64,000 nucleotides of DNA from Candidatus Bathyarchaeia archaeon (GCA_050015395.1 JBEKBM010000010.1:25267-89266); one strand, 5' to 3'; numbered from the stretch's first letter, positions 1-10,371 are shown. The notes: a model not told the origin generated them from the sequence alone. Numbers and translations are program-made.

Positions 1-735
1 GGAATAGGACCAGCACGCGAACAAACCCTAAAACAGCAAGGTTACAAAACAATAGAAGAACTTGAAAATCATCCTCTTTGGAAAAAGCCAGCCCGCGACT
101 TCATGAAAATAATAAATAAAAAAGAAATCCCTTTGATTCAAAAATGGCTGTGGCAACGCTTTCCAAAATCTCACCCGCTACTTCATTATTTAGCGGGATT
201 CTGCCAAGATCAAGACTTTGCAATAATAGACATCGAAACATTGGGGCTTTCAGAAAGACCCATAATCCTATTAGGCATAGCAAAACCAACCAAAGATGCT
301 GTGTGTACAAATCAATTTTTGCTCAGAGACATCCAAGATGAACCCAGCGCCATCTGGGCTCTTGTTTCACAACTTGAACCCAAGCTATCACTCATAACCT
401 ATAATGGCAGAAGCTTTGATGTTCCATACATTAAGCAAAGATTAGCTTACTATGGATTAGACGCCTCGTTAGACAATCCACATTTTGACGTCCTCCATTT
501 CACTAGAAGAGCATTACGCCACAAACTTTCCGATTGCAGACTAGAAACCGTTGAAAAATACCTAGGAATCAAAAGAGAAATCAACATTCCAGGCGCACTA
601 GTTCCCCACTTCTATGACACCTACCTAAGAACCAGAAACGTAGGACCTCTCGTAGCCATAGTTGAGCACAACAAACAAGACCTGCTAACGCTTGGGACGC
701 TGTTTTCCAAGCTGTATGAGGAGTGGAACCTTTGA
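1..735 (+). CDS. YprB/MrfB-like RNase H-fold (DEDD) exonuclease, 5'-truncated by window edge
   Basis: Frame is open from base 1 (GIGPAREQTLKQQGYKTIEEL, HhH-like). DIETLGL, TYNGRSFDVP, HFDVLH and HNKQDL exonuclease motifs. Overlaps the helicase start. Confidence 0.85.
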   Translation, partial: GIGPAREQTLKQQGYKTIEELENHPLWKKPARDFMKIINKKEIPLIQKWLWQRFPKSHPLLHYLAGFCQDQDFAIIDIETLGLSERPIILLGIAKPTKDAVCTNQFLLRDIQDEPSAIWALVSQLEPKLSLITYNGRSFDVPYIKQRLAYYGLDASLDNPHFDVLHFTRRALRHKLSDCRLETVEKYLGIKREINIPGALVPHFYDTYLRTRNVGPLVAIVEHNKQDLLTLGTLFSKLYEEWNL

Positions 736-3008
736 TAGACGACTTTATCCAAAGCATAAAGCGAATGCAATCCTACAAAAAGCAGATTGTGCACATACAA
801 GAAATTCCTCCTAAAGAAGCCTGCTTCGGCGAGCTGGAAAAACCCTTACCTGAAAATATCCAAAATTGCTTATTGACCAGAGACATCCATCTTTATTCAC
901 ACCAGGCTGAAGCGATAAACAAAGTCAGAGCGGGCAAGAACGTCGTAATAGTTACGCCGACCGCTTCAGGAAAAACCTTAGCGTTCAATATTCCAGTTCT
1001 CGAAGCTCTCACAAAAGACCCCAAAGCAACTGCACTATACCTTTACCCGACTAAAGCGCTAACAAATGATCAGCTAAAGGTTCTAAGAGAACTGGAAAAA
1101 GAAACAGGAATCCAAGCTTACCCTAACGTTTACGATGGTGATACACCTCAACATCAAAGGGCAAGCATACGAGAAAACTCTAAAATCATCTTAAGCAACC
1201 CCTATGGACTCCACCAATACCTTCCATGGCACTATAAATGGCGAAGCTTTCTACAAAACCTCAAATTCCTAATAATCGATGAAGCCCACGTTTACCGAGG
1301 AGTATTCGGCTCCAACGTAGCCATGCTCCTAAGACGACTACTAAGAATATGCAATTACTACAATGCAGACCCCCAATTCATTCTCTCATCAGCCACAATC
1401 GCAAACCCAGAAGAGCACGCTAAGAAACTAACGGGAAAAGACTTCGAAATAATCTCAAATGATGGCGCTCCAAGAGGAAAAAAATCATTCATGTTCTGGA
1501 ACCCTCCATTCATCGACAACACCAATACAACTCGCCGATCAACCCATCAAGAAACCAAAGACCTCCTAACACTCAACATTTCAAATAATCTGCAAACCCT
1601 CTGTTTTACAACATCCAGACAAATGGCTGAGCTCATCACAAGATGGACCAAAGAAGAACTCAAAAAAAGATCACCGAAACTAGCCAATTCGGTTACCGCG
1701 TATAGAGCCGGCTATTTACCTCAAGAACGTCGTGAAATAGAAAACCGACTGAAAACCAAAAGCTTAATCGGAGTAGTTTCAACCAACGCGCTGGAACTTG
1801 GAATCGATATAGGTTCTCTTGATTCCGTGATAATTTCGGGTTACCAAGGAACCGTCATATCCACATGGCAGCAAGCGGGACGTGCAGGCAGAAGCAACTC
1901 AGATTCACTTGTAACCCTAGTTGCTTTTCAAAACCCACTCGACCAGTATTTCATGAAGCATCCAAAAGACTTCTTTGGAAGGCCACATGAACAAGCCATA
2001 ATCGACCTGCATAACCGCTACATATCTTTGGGACACATAATGTGTGCAGCAAGCGAACTGCCCCTAACAGAAGCCGACCAAAAATATTTCCCAGAACTAT
2101 TCTCAGACAGCATCCATGCACTTGAACAACAAAACCTAGTTCGCAAAACACCCAGAGGATACGTGTATTCGGGAACAGCAAGACCCGTCGAAGTTGTAAG
2201 TTTGGAAAGCATTTCCGACAAAACCGTCACCGTTACCTGCAACGGAAACATACTCGAAACTCTAACCTTAAACAAAGCCTATGAAGAAGTTCACGCAGGC
2301 GCAATCTTGCTACACCAAGGCGAAACATACATCTCTGAAGAATTAGACCTCAACCAATTAACTGCCAAAGTCAGACAAGAAAACGTCAACTACTACACAG
2401 AAGCACTAAAAACCGTCGACGTCGCGATAAAGAAAACCCTTGAAGAAAAACAAAACGGAGTAACAGTTGGATTAGGCGAATTAGCCATAACAGAATTTTA
2501 CCACACATACATCACCAAAACGTATGATGAAGTTGTCGAAAGAAAACCGCTCAATCTACCGCCATTGTCCTTTTCAACCGTTGGAATGTGGTTCATAATT
2601 CCAGACGAAATCAAAAAAGAAATCGAAGATCGACAGCTCGATTTTGACGGAGGACTGCACGCGGTCGAACATGCAATGATTGCGATGTCTCCAATATTTG
2701 CAATGTGTGACAGATGGGACATTGGAGGATTATCAACACCCCTACACCCAGACACCGGAAACCCAACCATTTTCATTTATGATGGCTTTGAAGGAGGAAT
2801 CGGAATATCAGAAACCCTCTACTCAAACATAAAACCACTATGGGAAAAAACTCTCAAGCTAATCGATAATTGCGAGTGCAAAGACGGCTGCCCCTCATGC
2901 ATATACTCACCAAAATGCGGAAACGAAAACGAACCAATAGACAAAAAAGCAGCAAGCATTATCCTAAACAAACTTTTGAGCAAAGTAAACCAACGACAGA
3001 TCCAATAG
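723..3008 (+). CDS. DEAH-box helicase with C-terminal DUF1998 Zn module (MrfA/YprA/Hrq1 family)
   Basis: LYSHQ, TPTASGKT, YPTKAL, DEAH, SAT and QQAGRAGR motifs; C-terminal CECKDGCPSC. Confidence 0.92.
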   Translation: MEPLIDDFIQSIKRMQSYKKQIVHIQEIPPKEACFGELEKPLPENIQNCLLTRDIHLYSHQAEAINKVRAGKNVVIVTPTASGKTLAFNIPVLEALTKDPKATALYLYPTKALTNDQLKVLRELEKETGIQAYPNVYDGDTPQHQRASIRENSKIILSNPYGLHQYLPWHYKWRSFLQNLKFLIIDEAHVYRGVFGSNVAMLLRRLLRICNYYNADPQFILSSATIANPEEHAKKLTGKDFEIISNDGAPRGKKSFMFWNPPFIDNTNTTRRSTHQETKDLLTLNISNNLQTLCFTTSRQMAELITRWTKEELKKRSPKLANSVTAYRAGYLPQERREIENRLKTKSLIGVVSTNALELGIDIGSLDSVIISGYQGTVISTWQQAGRAGRSNSDSLVTLVAFQNPLDQYFMKHPKDFFGRPHEQAIIDLHNRYISLGHIMCAASELPLTEADQKYFPELFSDSIHALEQQNLVRKTPRGYVYSGTARPVEVVSLESISDKTVTVTCNGNILETLTLNKAYEEVHAGAILLHQGETYISEELDLNQLTAKVRQENVNYYTEALKTVDVAIKKTLEEKQNGVTVGLGELAITEFYHTYITKTYDEVVERKPLNLPPLSFSTVGMWFIIPDEIKKEIEDRQLDFDGGLHAVEHAMIAMSPIFAMCDRWDIGGLSTPLHPDTGNPTIFIYDGFEGGIGISETLYSNIKPLWEKTLKLIDNCECKDGCPSCIYSPKCGNENEPIDKKAASIILNKLLSKVNQRQIQ

Positions 3009-3129
3009 AAATTGAACCCTATCATTATTAAAACTAGACAAAAAGAACCTGGTCGTTACAGCTCACCAAAGAATAAACCAGACAAAGCATATAATATTTC
3101 AAAAAAGTCCAAAAAGACGTCTGAATATC

Positions 3130-3723
3130 ATGAGCAAAACAAAGGAAGCGCCGAAAAATCTCAAAGCACCCAAGCAACTGACATTGGACAATCTACCGAA
3201 TGATCCCATAAAAGAATCCGACAACATAACTAAACATATTTACGAAAAGCACATAATCATAACCGAAATCGGCGCAATCACAAGAGAGGATGAGTTAGCA
3301 CTCAAAATCGGGTTCAAGCTGCTTCCCTCAAAAACCGCGTTTTCAAAAGTTAAGTCGGATCTAGCGTTTGACAACCAACAAATCAGCTCCGTCATAATCA
3401 GAATCCCTCAGAGCCCTTTGGCGGGAGACGATTTCGAGTTAACGCCCGTGCTGGACATGAAGGGAATAACCGCTGGATCCCACTCTATAAAAGTCGAAAT
3501 GTATGAGCCATGGTCTAATGGAGAAAAACTTTCCTTCACCTCCAAAGAGGTTACTGTGGAATATGTTCCCAAGACCAGAGAGTCCAGGCTGATAGAAATT
3601 CCAATTGTAAAAAGCTTCGGAGGCGGGGATTTAGTTGTGGTTTCTGAGTCTGACAAAAACATTTACCGTGAAATTGAAGAAACAATGAAAAAGGAATCAG
3701 TCACCAAGCGAGATGAATGGTAA
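3130..3723 (+). CDS. hypothetical protein
   Basis: 197-aa ATG ORF with host-like composition; no motif recognised. Confidence 0.6.
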   Translation: MSKTKEAPKNLKAPKQLTLDNLPNDPIKESDNITKHIYEKHIIITEIGAITREDELALKIGFKLLPSKTAFSKVKSDLAFDNQQISSVIIRIPQSPLAGDDFELTPVLDMKGITAGSHSIKVEMYEPWSNGEKLSFTSKEVTVEYVPKTRESRLIEIPIVKSFGGGDLVVVSESDKNIYREIEETMKKESVTKRDEW

Positions 3724-4036
3724 CACCTTTCATACTTGGTTTTCTTTTCGCTAAAAAAGTCCTTACAAATTACGGCTTGTTTTGAATATCTACAAGTTTT
3801 CATCGTCAAAAAAATTGGTCCTCGGAATCCTGATTATCGCCAGAATCGAGGCAGTTATCGTGGAAAATCGCAATCATAACAAAAATAACAAAATAAATCC
3901 TTCTCGCCACAACATCCAGCCTAACAATGTTAATAGGGCGGAGCATTTTTTTTAAAAAATTAGTTTTCTGAAGAGGGGTAACAAACTTAAATATTTATAA
4001 TCAATACGTTTGTAAATAAAGGAAGAAGTATAAACA

Positions 4037-4426
4037 GTGAGCAGAAAAGAAGAAGAAAAGCGCCTGCTTAAAAGGTCAAGGGATTTTCTGGAAACTGCTG
4101 AATATCAGACAAGTAAAGGCTTTTATGACCTTGCAACTTTTAGCCTTGAGCAAACATTAGAGCTTTTTTTGAAGGCAAAAGTGTTGGCGGAAGGCGTTGA
4201 CTATCCAAGAACACATAGTGTAAGGGCTCTATTGGAGATACTTTCAGAATTGGTTGCGGAAAACAGAAAGTCCGTGATAAAACAAGTTTTGGAAAAGTAT
4301 CTTCTTGAATTAGGCATGCTGGAAGATTCTTACATAACATCTAGATACGTAATGAGAGAATTTACCAAGCAAGAAGCAGAGAAGCTAACAAAATCAGTCA
4401 AAGAGATAATTGAAAATGTCAAATGA
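4037..4426 (+). CDS. HEPN-domain protein (toxin of HEPN/MNT pair)
   Basis: FSLEQTLELFLKA, YPRTHSV and SRY motifs; overlaps the MNT gene. Confidence 0.88.
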   Translation: MSRKEEEKRLLKRSRDFLETAEYQTSKGFYDLATFSLEQTLELFLKAKVLAEGVDYPRTHSVRALLEILSELVAENRKSVIKQVLEKYLLELGMLEDSYITSRYVMREFTKQEAEKLTKSVKEIIENVK

Positions 4427-4733
4427 ACTGTTGGTGAAAAACGCCCTGAAAAGGCAGGAAGCCTTTAAAAATTTAGCGGGCTACCTCAAAATCATCAAGG
4501 AAACAGTCCGTGAAGTCGACCCACATGCCAAAGCATACATGTTTGGTTCAGTTGTAGAAAACAAAAACAACTACTCAAGTGACATAGACATCCTTATAAT
4601 TACAAAGTTGCCTCCAGCAGAAATCCATGCTGAACTCTGGAAAGCAGGAATAAAGGAACCATTCGAAATTCATGTGTACACACCAAAAGAAGCCACCTTT
4701 TTCAAAACAAGAGCCAAACTTGTAAAAATATAA
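4416..4733 (+). CDS. Minimal nucleotidyltransferase (MNT) antitoxin
   Basis: FGS-x10-DID motif (GSVVENKNNYSSDID); coupled to HEPN. Confidence 0.88.
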   Translation: MSNELLVKNALKRQEAFKNLAGYLKIIKETVREVDPHAKAYMFGSVVENKNNYSSDIDILIITKLPPAEIHAELWKAGIKEPFEIHVYTPKEATFFKTRAKLVKI

Positions 4734-4882
4734 CCAAATTCTGTCAGCAACATAACTCTTGATGAAGGATATTGCAACTTACCTGAATGCTTATCAACCT
4801 ATTAGAAGAAACTGTGGCTTCACGACAAAAGTTAAGAGGTGCTATAAAATCACTAAATAGTAAAAAAAGGACGCATGTTAAA

Positions 4883-5170
4883 TTGCAAACCAAAACCGAA
4901 CATCCTTATGTTGAAATCAACCCAAAAGTTTGCAACGGCTCTCCAGTAATAGTGGGTACGCGCATAAGAATAGTGGACATAGCCATCGAGTATGAATACA
5001 TGAATTGCACACCAGACGACATAGTTAACGCTCATCCACACCTAAAACTGGAACAAATACACGACGCCCTGTCATATTATTATGAACATCGAGCTGAAAT
5101 TGACAAAAAAATAAGAGAAGACGAGGAATTCGTCCAGAAACTCCGCCAAGCCCAAAAGGCAGATGACTAA
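4883..5170 (+). CDS. DUF433 family antitoxin-like protein
   Basis: INPKVCNGSPVIVGTRIRIVDI...HPHLKLEQIHDALSYY; TTG start at 4883 chosen by inference. Confidence 0.85.
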   Translation: MQTKTEHPYVEINPKVCNGSPVIVGTRIRIVDIAIEYEYMNCTPDDIVNAHPHLKLEQIHDALSYYYEHRAEIDKKIREDEEFVQKLRQAQKADD

Positions 5171-5250
5171 TCATCCCTACGAGAAGCCTTAGGATTTACG
5201 TTGATGAAGTTTAGGTTGCTATTCAATGTTTGAAGCGTTGGAAACGTCAC
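5163..5250 (+). pseudogene. Remnant of DUF5615/PIN-like toxin 5' end
   Basis: Directly after DUF433, one frame reads RSLRIYVDEV*VAIQCLKRW, resembling the LRIYxDEx N-terminus of the usual DUF433 partner; stop codon and no full ORF. Confidence 0.5.
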
Positions 5251-5503
5251 TTACGGAAAACCAGACTGCACCTCAACGCACATTGGAATTAAAACGGTAA
5301 ACTTGTTTGAATAGCTGACTGACCCCATGTTATAGCCAGCAATTTACATGTAGTTCTCATAGCTAAAATGTGCATTCGTACTCTGCCGTATACTGAAAAA
5401 TTTTGTCTCCCACCTACACAATAACAGGTGAAAAAGGATTTATTGCGCACAAACCAAAAAACCCATCGCCACTTACCCGTTCAATTTAGTTAGCAAGTAT
5501 TTT

Positions 5504-6964
5504 TTAGTTCATATCTTTAAAGAACAGTCTTGTCTCTCCCATTGTTTTGATGTCTAAGGCTCGGACTCTGGCAACTATGGGGAAGTCGCTTACGACTTTG
5601 CCAAGTGTGAGGCAGTGGTGGGGTGGCAGGTCGCGGGCGATTGAACGCACTGTTTCTGCATCCACGCGGGCGGCTCGGCTGACAACGTCTAGGTCGTGTT
5701 CGTTGGTGAAGTTGAAGAGGAAAATGTTGTCGGCTTGGCGGTAAATGTTTTCTTGAATCGTGTCAGGCTGGTTTGTGATGAACGTGGTGAATATGCCGAA
5801 GTGGCGCATGCGGGTAACGATGTCGTCCCAGTAAGTTTCGCGCAGGTACAAGTGTGCTTCTTCAGCGAAGAGAAAAACTGCTTTCAGCTTCCAGTTCGAC
5901 AAGGAATCAACGAGTTTTCCAAGAGCGTATTCGACTACGATTTGGCGGTCGATGTTTGAGGTGTTTTTCAGGTTTATGACGATGGCGCCGCCTTGGTCCT
6001 TAGCTTTTATGAGGCTTTCATCTAACAGCGTTGCCTCGCCGGGGGAGTCAGTGAAGAATCCTGAGTTAGCAAGGGAGTGGAAGCGTGAAGCTAACGCGTC
6101 GCGTACATGCTGGTTGCAGTTTAAATCGCGAATCGCCTCGCCTAGTTCTTGCATGTTTAATTTTCCTTTTTCTTTAAGCATTTTCCATATCCGACGGAAT
6201 TCACGGGCTGAAGTGCCTGGCAGGTGCAGTGCATTTACTAGTATGCCCATTACGGTGTTTAGGTGAAGCTGTTCGAGGGCTACTTTGAAGTTCTGCCCTG
6301 GGGTTAAGGTGTGGATTTTGTCGTAGTACATGTTTCTTTTGCCGTCGTTACTCATGCCTAAGCTTGTGTATTCACCGTTTAGGTCGAAGATGACGACGGT
6401 TGCCTTATAGCCGACGAGATTAACCATTAACAGCTTTGAGAGATGCGATTTGCCGCAGCCCTTCTTGCCCGTTATAATGTTTAACGTTCCATCTATTGCT
6501 GTAGCGTCAATCGTTAAGAGGGAGGAGTCTTTGGTGCCGCCCAAAATTATGGGAAGTTTACCCTCAACCTTTGCCAGCTTCATAAGCATAGGTATGGACA
6601 GTTTTTTGATGGTTGATTGTGAACGGCTGGGAAGCCAACTGCTGCTTGGGCTCAGCATTTCGTTTTCCAACGTTGCTCTAATCTTGCAGATTAGGAGGCT
6701 GGCGTCTTGAATGTAAGTGATGTGGGGGGCGATTTCCATGGGATCGATGTCTTCGCCCTGTAGTGATTCGCCTCCGTCTGGAAGCGTCCGCAAAAGCTCC
6801 TCAAGCACTCCGGGAACAGCTGCGAATTGTACGTCGATGACTTGGGCGATTAAGGCTTTAGCGGCGTCTTGGTCTTCGACGAGTAGGTAGTCGCCTTTTT
6901 CAGCGCTCTCCGTTGGGAAACTGATGATTTGCAGGATGTTGCCCTCTTTCTTGTAGAGTTTCAT
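5504..6964 (-). CDS. herA: HerA/FtsK-family ATPase (DUF87)
   Basis: Walker A GKKGCGKS, FDLNGEY, Walker B FAEEAH, RMRHFG and TNQP motifs; start MKLYKK overlaps the nurA stop as ATGA. Confidence 0.85.
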   Translation of the reverse strand: MKLYKKEGNILQIISFPTESAEKGDYLLVEDQDAAKALIAQVIDVQFAAVPGVLEELLRTLPDGGESLQGEDIDPMEIAPHITYIQDASLLICKIRATLENEMLSPSSSWLPSRSQSTIKKLSIPMLMKLAKVEGKLPIILGGTKDSSLLTIDATAIDGTLNIITGKKGCGKSHLSKLLMVNLVGYKATVVIFDLNGEYTSLGMSNDGKRNMYYDKIHTLTPGQNFKVALEQLHLNTVMGILVNALHLPGTSAREFRRIWKMLKEKGKLNMQELGEAIRDLNCNQHVRDALASRFHSLANSGFFTDSPGEATLLDESLIKAKDQGGAIVINLKNTSNIDRQIVVEYALGKLVDSLSNWKLKAVFLFAEEAHLYLRETYWDDIVTRMRHFGIFTTFITNQPDTIQENIYRQADNIFLFNFTNEHDLDVVSRAARVDAETVRSIARDLPPHHCLTLGKVVSDFPIVARVRALDIKTMGETRLFFKDMN

Positions 6965-8040
6965 GCGTAGATTTCCCCCTTGCTGAATGGTCCGAAAAGC
7001 AGTTTGTGCATGTCTGGGCGGTTGATTATTTGTATGCCATGTTTGCGTGTGATGAAGTGTTTGATGGCTAAGACTTCGTTGGCTGTGAATGTGCACAGGA
7101 TATGCGAGAGCCGCAAGGTTTCGGGGTAGCTTTGAGTGTACAGGTCGTTGCCGATTAGTTTCTGTAAGGCAGCCATTCTCTGCTCTACAGGCGTTTCTTT
7201 ATCAATATCTAAGCGAAATGCGAAGTTTGCCTTGTTGAGTCGTGCCACGTAAACGTCGCCTAGCAGCACTATTGGCGATTTGAAGTGTATTCCTGTGGTT
7301 TCAAGCAGGTATGGCGGGTCATGGTTTGGAAGCTGCTCGGTTATCAGGATGCCGTTAGCTCTAAGCGTTGTAGCTTTTGAGAAGGCAAGTACGGTGCTGT
7401 TGTTTCTTCTCGCGTAACTTAGAATTTCCCTGAGGCGTTGGACTGGTGTATCTATGGTGCCTGAGATTAAGGAGCCGTCGAAGAGGATTATGCCGTGGTT
7501 TACGGTTTTGGCGAGCATTGTTTGTAGCCATCGCTCCAGCAGGCTGGCTAGTCGCGTGGGCATTTGCAAGATGTTTGGTGCGGCTTGGTGGCTGGCTCCG
7601 TAGCTGGTGCTGAAATAAGCATGTTCAAGCGTGTTGTAGACAGCGTTTTTGTTTTCTTCCGTTATGTGAAATATGAATGGCCCGAGGCGCGTGTACTTGT
7701 ATGCTCGGTTTTGTTTCCATGTGGTTGCTCCTCGGACGGCAATTATCATGCCGGTAGCTGTTTCGCCGATTTTTATGGTTGAGGTGTCTACGGCGGCGAT
7801 TAAGGTTTCTTGGTGGTCTGGTTTTATGGGGATTGGTTCTGGTTTGAGCTGTATGCTGGATGGGTATTGTTCGGTTGTGTTTAGTTGTTGAAGGTTTTGG
7901 GGGTTTAGTTGGAAGGGTTGGTGTTGCGCTTGCTTGAGCGAGTAGAGGCTTTGTTCTAGGAAGCGTTGTGGGAGTGTTGTGTCGATGGTTGGTTGTGGAA
8001 AGTTATATTTGTCAGTAATTGTATATTGTTCAATCACCAT
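6961..8040 (-). CDS. nurA: NurA-family nuclease
   Basis: AAVDTS, LFDGSL and YPETLRLSH motifs; translationally coupled to HerA. Confidence 0.78.
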   Translation of the reverse strand: MVIEQYTITDKYNFPQPTIDTTLPQRFLEQSLYSLKQAQHQPFQLNPQNLQQLNTTEQYPSSIQLKPEPIPIKPDHQETLIAAVDTSTIKIGETATGMIIAVRGATTWKQNRAYKYTRLGPFIFHITEENKNAVYNTLEHAYFSTSYGASHQAAPNILQMPTRLASLLERWLQTMLAKTVNHGIILFDGSLISGTIDTPVQRLREILSYARRNNSTVLAFSKATTLRANGILITEQLPNHDPPYLLETTGIHFKSPIVLLGDVYVARLNKANFAFRLDIDKETPVEQRMAALQKLIGNDLYTQSYPETLRLSHILCTFTANEVLAIKHFITRKHGIQIINRPDMHKLLFGPFSKGEIYA

Positions 8041-8128
8041 GATTCACCAATATGCAATAATTATTGGTGAAATATTTAAATATTGTGCATGTGCATCTTG
8101 CACAATACAATATTCAATAGGTGAAGAG

Positions 8129-8536
8129 TTGACAGAAAAACAGCAAAAACCACCAATACGCGTAAAAATAAAAATCGGCGACATAGAATTCGAAATCGAA
8201 TCCCAAGAAGACCAAATCCAAAGCACCGTAGACAAAATACTCGCCACAGTCACCGAACGCCTGAAAAACACAAACCTAGCCCAAGTAGCCGAACGCCCAG
8301 CCCCACCACCCAGAGCAGAAACATGCAAAGGCATAATCCAGAAACTCTGGGAAGAAAACTGGTTCAACGAACCAAAAAACCTCGACGAAGTCCACACAGA
8401 ACTTGCAAGACGCGGCTTCCACTACGACCGCACCGCCGTAGCCCACGCACTAGTAGACCTCGTCAAAGACAACATACTCACACGAATAGGAAAACCCCGC
8501 CGATACCAATACGCACAAAAAAGACCGCCAACCTAA
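8129..8536 (+). CDS. hypothetical winged-helix DNA-binding protein
   Basis: GGTGA RBS then TTG; C-terminal LDEVHTELARRGFHYDRTAVAHALVDLVKDNILTRIG is wHTH-like. Confidence 0.6.
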   Translation: MTEKQQKPPIRVKIKIGDIEFEIESQEDQIQSTVDKILATVTERLKNTNLAQVAERPAPPPRAETCKGIIQKLWEENWFNEPKNLDEVHTELARRGFHYDRTAVAHALVDLVKDNILTRIGKPRRYQYAQKRPPT

Positions 8537-8599
8537 CATGTGAAAAAATCTCCAAGCAATTGCCAAATTTTAAATAGCAATTTTGCATAATGCAGTTTC

Positions 8600-9091
8600 A
8601 TGCAAGTCACCGATTTAGTGCGCTACAATCATGTTGTTCGTGGACTCTACCTTGATGCTATGGCAAAGTTACCTTGGGCGGCGGTTGTTGAGCCTAAAGG
8701 GTTAAGTTTTGATTCGATGCGTAACGTGTTTTTGCATTTAACGTTTGTTGAGGACAGGTGGATAAACTACATTATCCCAGACCGCCTTAGTCAGTAAGTT
8801 GACCCAAGCTTTGATGATTTCAGAGACATTGATTCGTTGAAGAAATACGTGCAACAGACAAAGGTTAAAACTGAAAAGTACTTGGAGAAACTCTCAAATG
8901 AAGAATTGAACAGGCAAATCGTTATTCCCTGGGGGGATAAGCCAGGCACGCGCATCAGTATCGAAACGGCTCTTTGCCAAATTATAATGGAAGACATGAT
9001 TCACTACGGCGAATTATCAGCACTTCTTTGGCAAATGGGCATTGATGCACCGTACCTTGGCTTTTGGCGCTACAAACATATGCTTCTGTAG
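8600..9091 (+). pseudogene. DinB/YfiT-family protein with one in-frame TAA (8795-8797)
   Basis: ORFs 8600-8797 and 8837-9091 share a frame; SMRNVFLHL...EDMIHYGELSALLWQMG are DinB motifs. Confidence 0.8.
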
Positions 9092-9169
9092 ATTAGCAAG
9101 GTTTATAGTGTATTTTCTCCATTGTATTCTTGTGGTTTTTAAAGTTTAATTGTAAGTGGAGGCGAAATT

Positions 9170-9613
9170 TTGCCTGATATTGTTGACACCGCAGTTGCTT
9201 CGGGCATGTTTAACACGCTTGTGACAGCTGTAAAAGCAGCTGGATTGGTTGATACCCTGAAAAGTCCTGGTCCATTCACGGTTTTTGCGCCTACTGATGA
9301 AGCATTCGCTAAATTACCGAAAGGCGACCTTGATATGCTCCTTAAGGATACTATGAAGTTGAAGGCAGTCTTAACTTTCCATGTGGTTGATGGGAAATTA
9401 ATGGCTTCAGATTTGGCTCAACATGAGTATTTATAGGCACTTCAGGGAGGAGAATTAAGGATAGACGCGACACGTTGGCACCTGCATAGACACATGAAAG
9501 TTAACGGTGCAAACATCGTCAAACCGGACATAGCTGTGGATAATGGAGTTTGCCATGCCATAGACAGAGTGCTAATGCCCAAAATGGCAGTGGTAGGCGA
9601 ACAAAATAAGTAA
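9170..9613 (+). pseudogene. Fasciclin (FAS1) domain protein with one in-frame TAG (9434-9436)
   Basis: [13 protein letters not shown] before the stop; the same frame continues ALQGGEL...VNGANIVKPDIAVDNGVCHAIDRVLMP (FAS1 C-terminal motif) to TAA 9613. Confidence 0.85.
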
Positions 9614-9721
9614 AAAGTAAAGCCCTGCAACTTTGAACAGGGACATAATGCTACCGTAATTAAACAAAAAAATGCCCCATTTTTTTAAAAAAAAATTAAC
9701 TTTAAATATAGTTATTAATGC

Positions 9722-9882
9722 ATGTATTAGTTCTTGGGTTTTGTCTTGGGATGTTTGTGTGTGCTCAAGCCTACCTACCCGGTCTACTAGATGCTTCTAA
9801 TATGCTTCAAATATGATTCAACATAGCACTGCATAGAATTAATCCCCGCACTTTCAACATGAAACAGTGCTTTTTCAACATA
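9722..9882 (+). repeat. Dispersed non-coding element, copy A (inverted relative to 28848-29007)
   Basis: Core 9754-9826 equals the reverse complement of 28904-28974 except for two 1-nt indels; flanks also similar. Confidence 0.92.
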
Positions 9883-9979
9883 CTAGAATAGCAAAATACA
9901 ATTGTTTAGAGGGAAAAATCAAGAGCTAAATATACACTTATTAATTTATTTTTTAACCATGAATTTTAATAATTCAAAA

Positions 9980-10070
9980 ATGGCGGGAAACTTGCTTGGT
10001 GTCGGCGGCATGGAAAGAATGATGACTTACCCAACGCTTCTTTGGATAATCAGTTTAGGCGATATCTACT
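9980..10070 (+). pseudogene. Possible 3' remnant of a DUF998-like membrane protein gene
   Basis: Reads LLGVGGMERMMTYPTLLWIISLG, resembling the GGMERM-x-YP-x-LLW tail of that family; no upstream coding part. Confidence 0.4.
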
Positions 10071-10197
10071 CGGCAACCACAGTGACTGATGAGGTAGTCT
10101 TTAACGACCTTTTCTATTTGCACTGCTCAACTAGATTAAACAGCGCTTTCCCTAAAACTATTGAGCGTAAAAAAAGAAAGGGTTGGTGTTTGAGGGC

Positions 10198-10371
10198 TTA
10201 TTTACTGGTTTTCGGGCTTGCTTTTGGTTTCGCCTTTTGTGGCTCCTTAACAGGTTTCATTGGTTCTTCGCAACAAACTATTTCGCATGGTTCACAACCG
10301 CATGGGTCTTCAACTGCGATTACTAGCCCGCATTCTTCACACTTGTATTTGTCGCCTTTTTTATTTGCCAA
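10198..10371 (-). CDS. 57-aa Cys-rich desulforedoxin-like mini-protein (not in ORF track)
   Basis: Manual translation MANKKGDKYKCEECGLVIAVEDPCGCEPCEIVCCEEPMKPVKEPQKAKPKASPKTSK; AGGTG RBS, TTG start. Confidence 0.85.
   Translation of the reverse strand: MANKKGDKYKCEECGLVIAVEDPCGCEPCEIVCCEEPMKPVKEPQKAKPKASPKTSK

Noticed and set aside
6965-7096. N-terminal 44 aa of the 530-aa ORF 5504-7096
   Set aside because: It overlaps nurA in another frame; the coupled ATG at 6964 is the likelier start.
9434-9436. Genome-wide TAG recoding (pyrrolysine) suggested by the in-frame TAG in fasciclin
   Set aside because: TAG ends conserved genes at plausible termini (helicase 3008, nuoI 19252, hppA 34849). Other broken genes use TAA or TGA, and no pyl genes are in the window.
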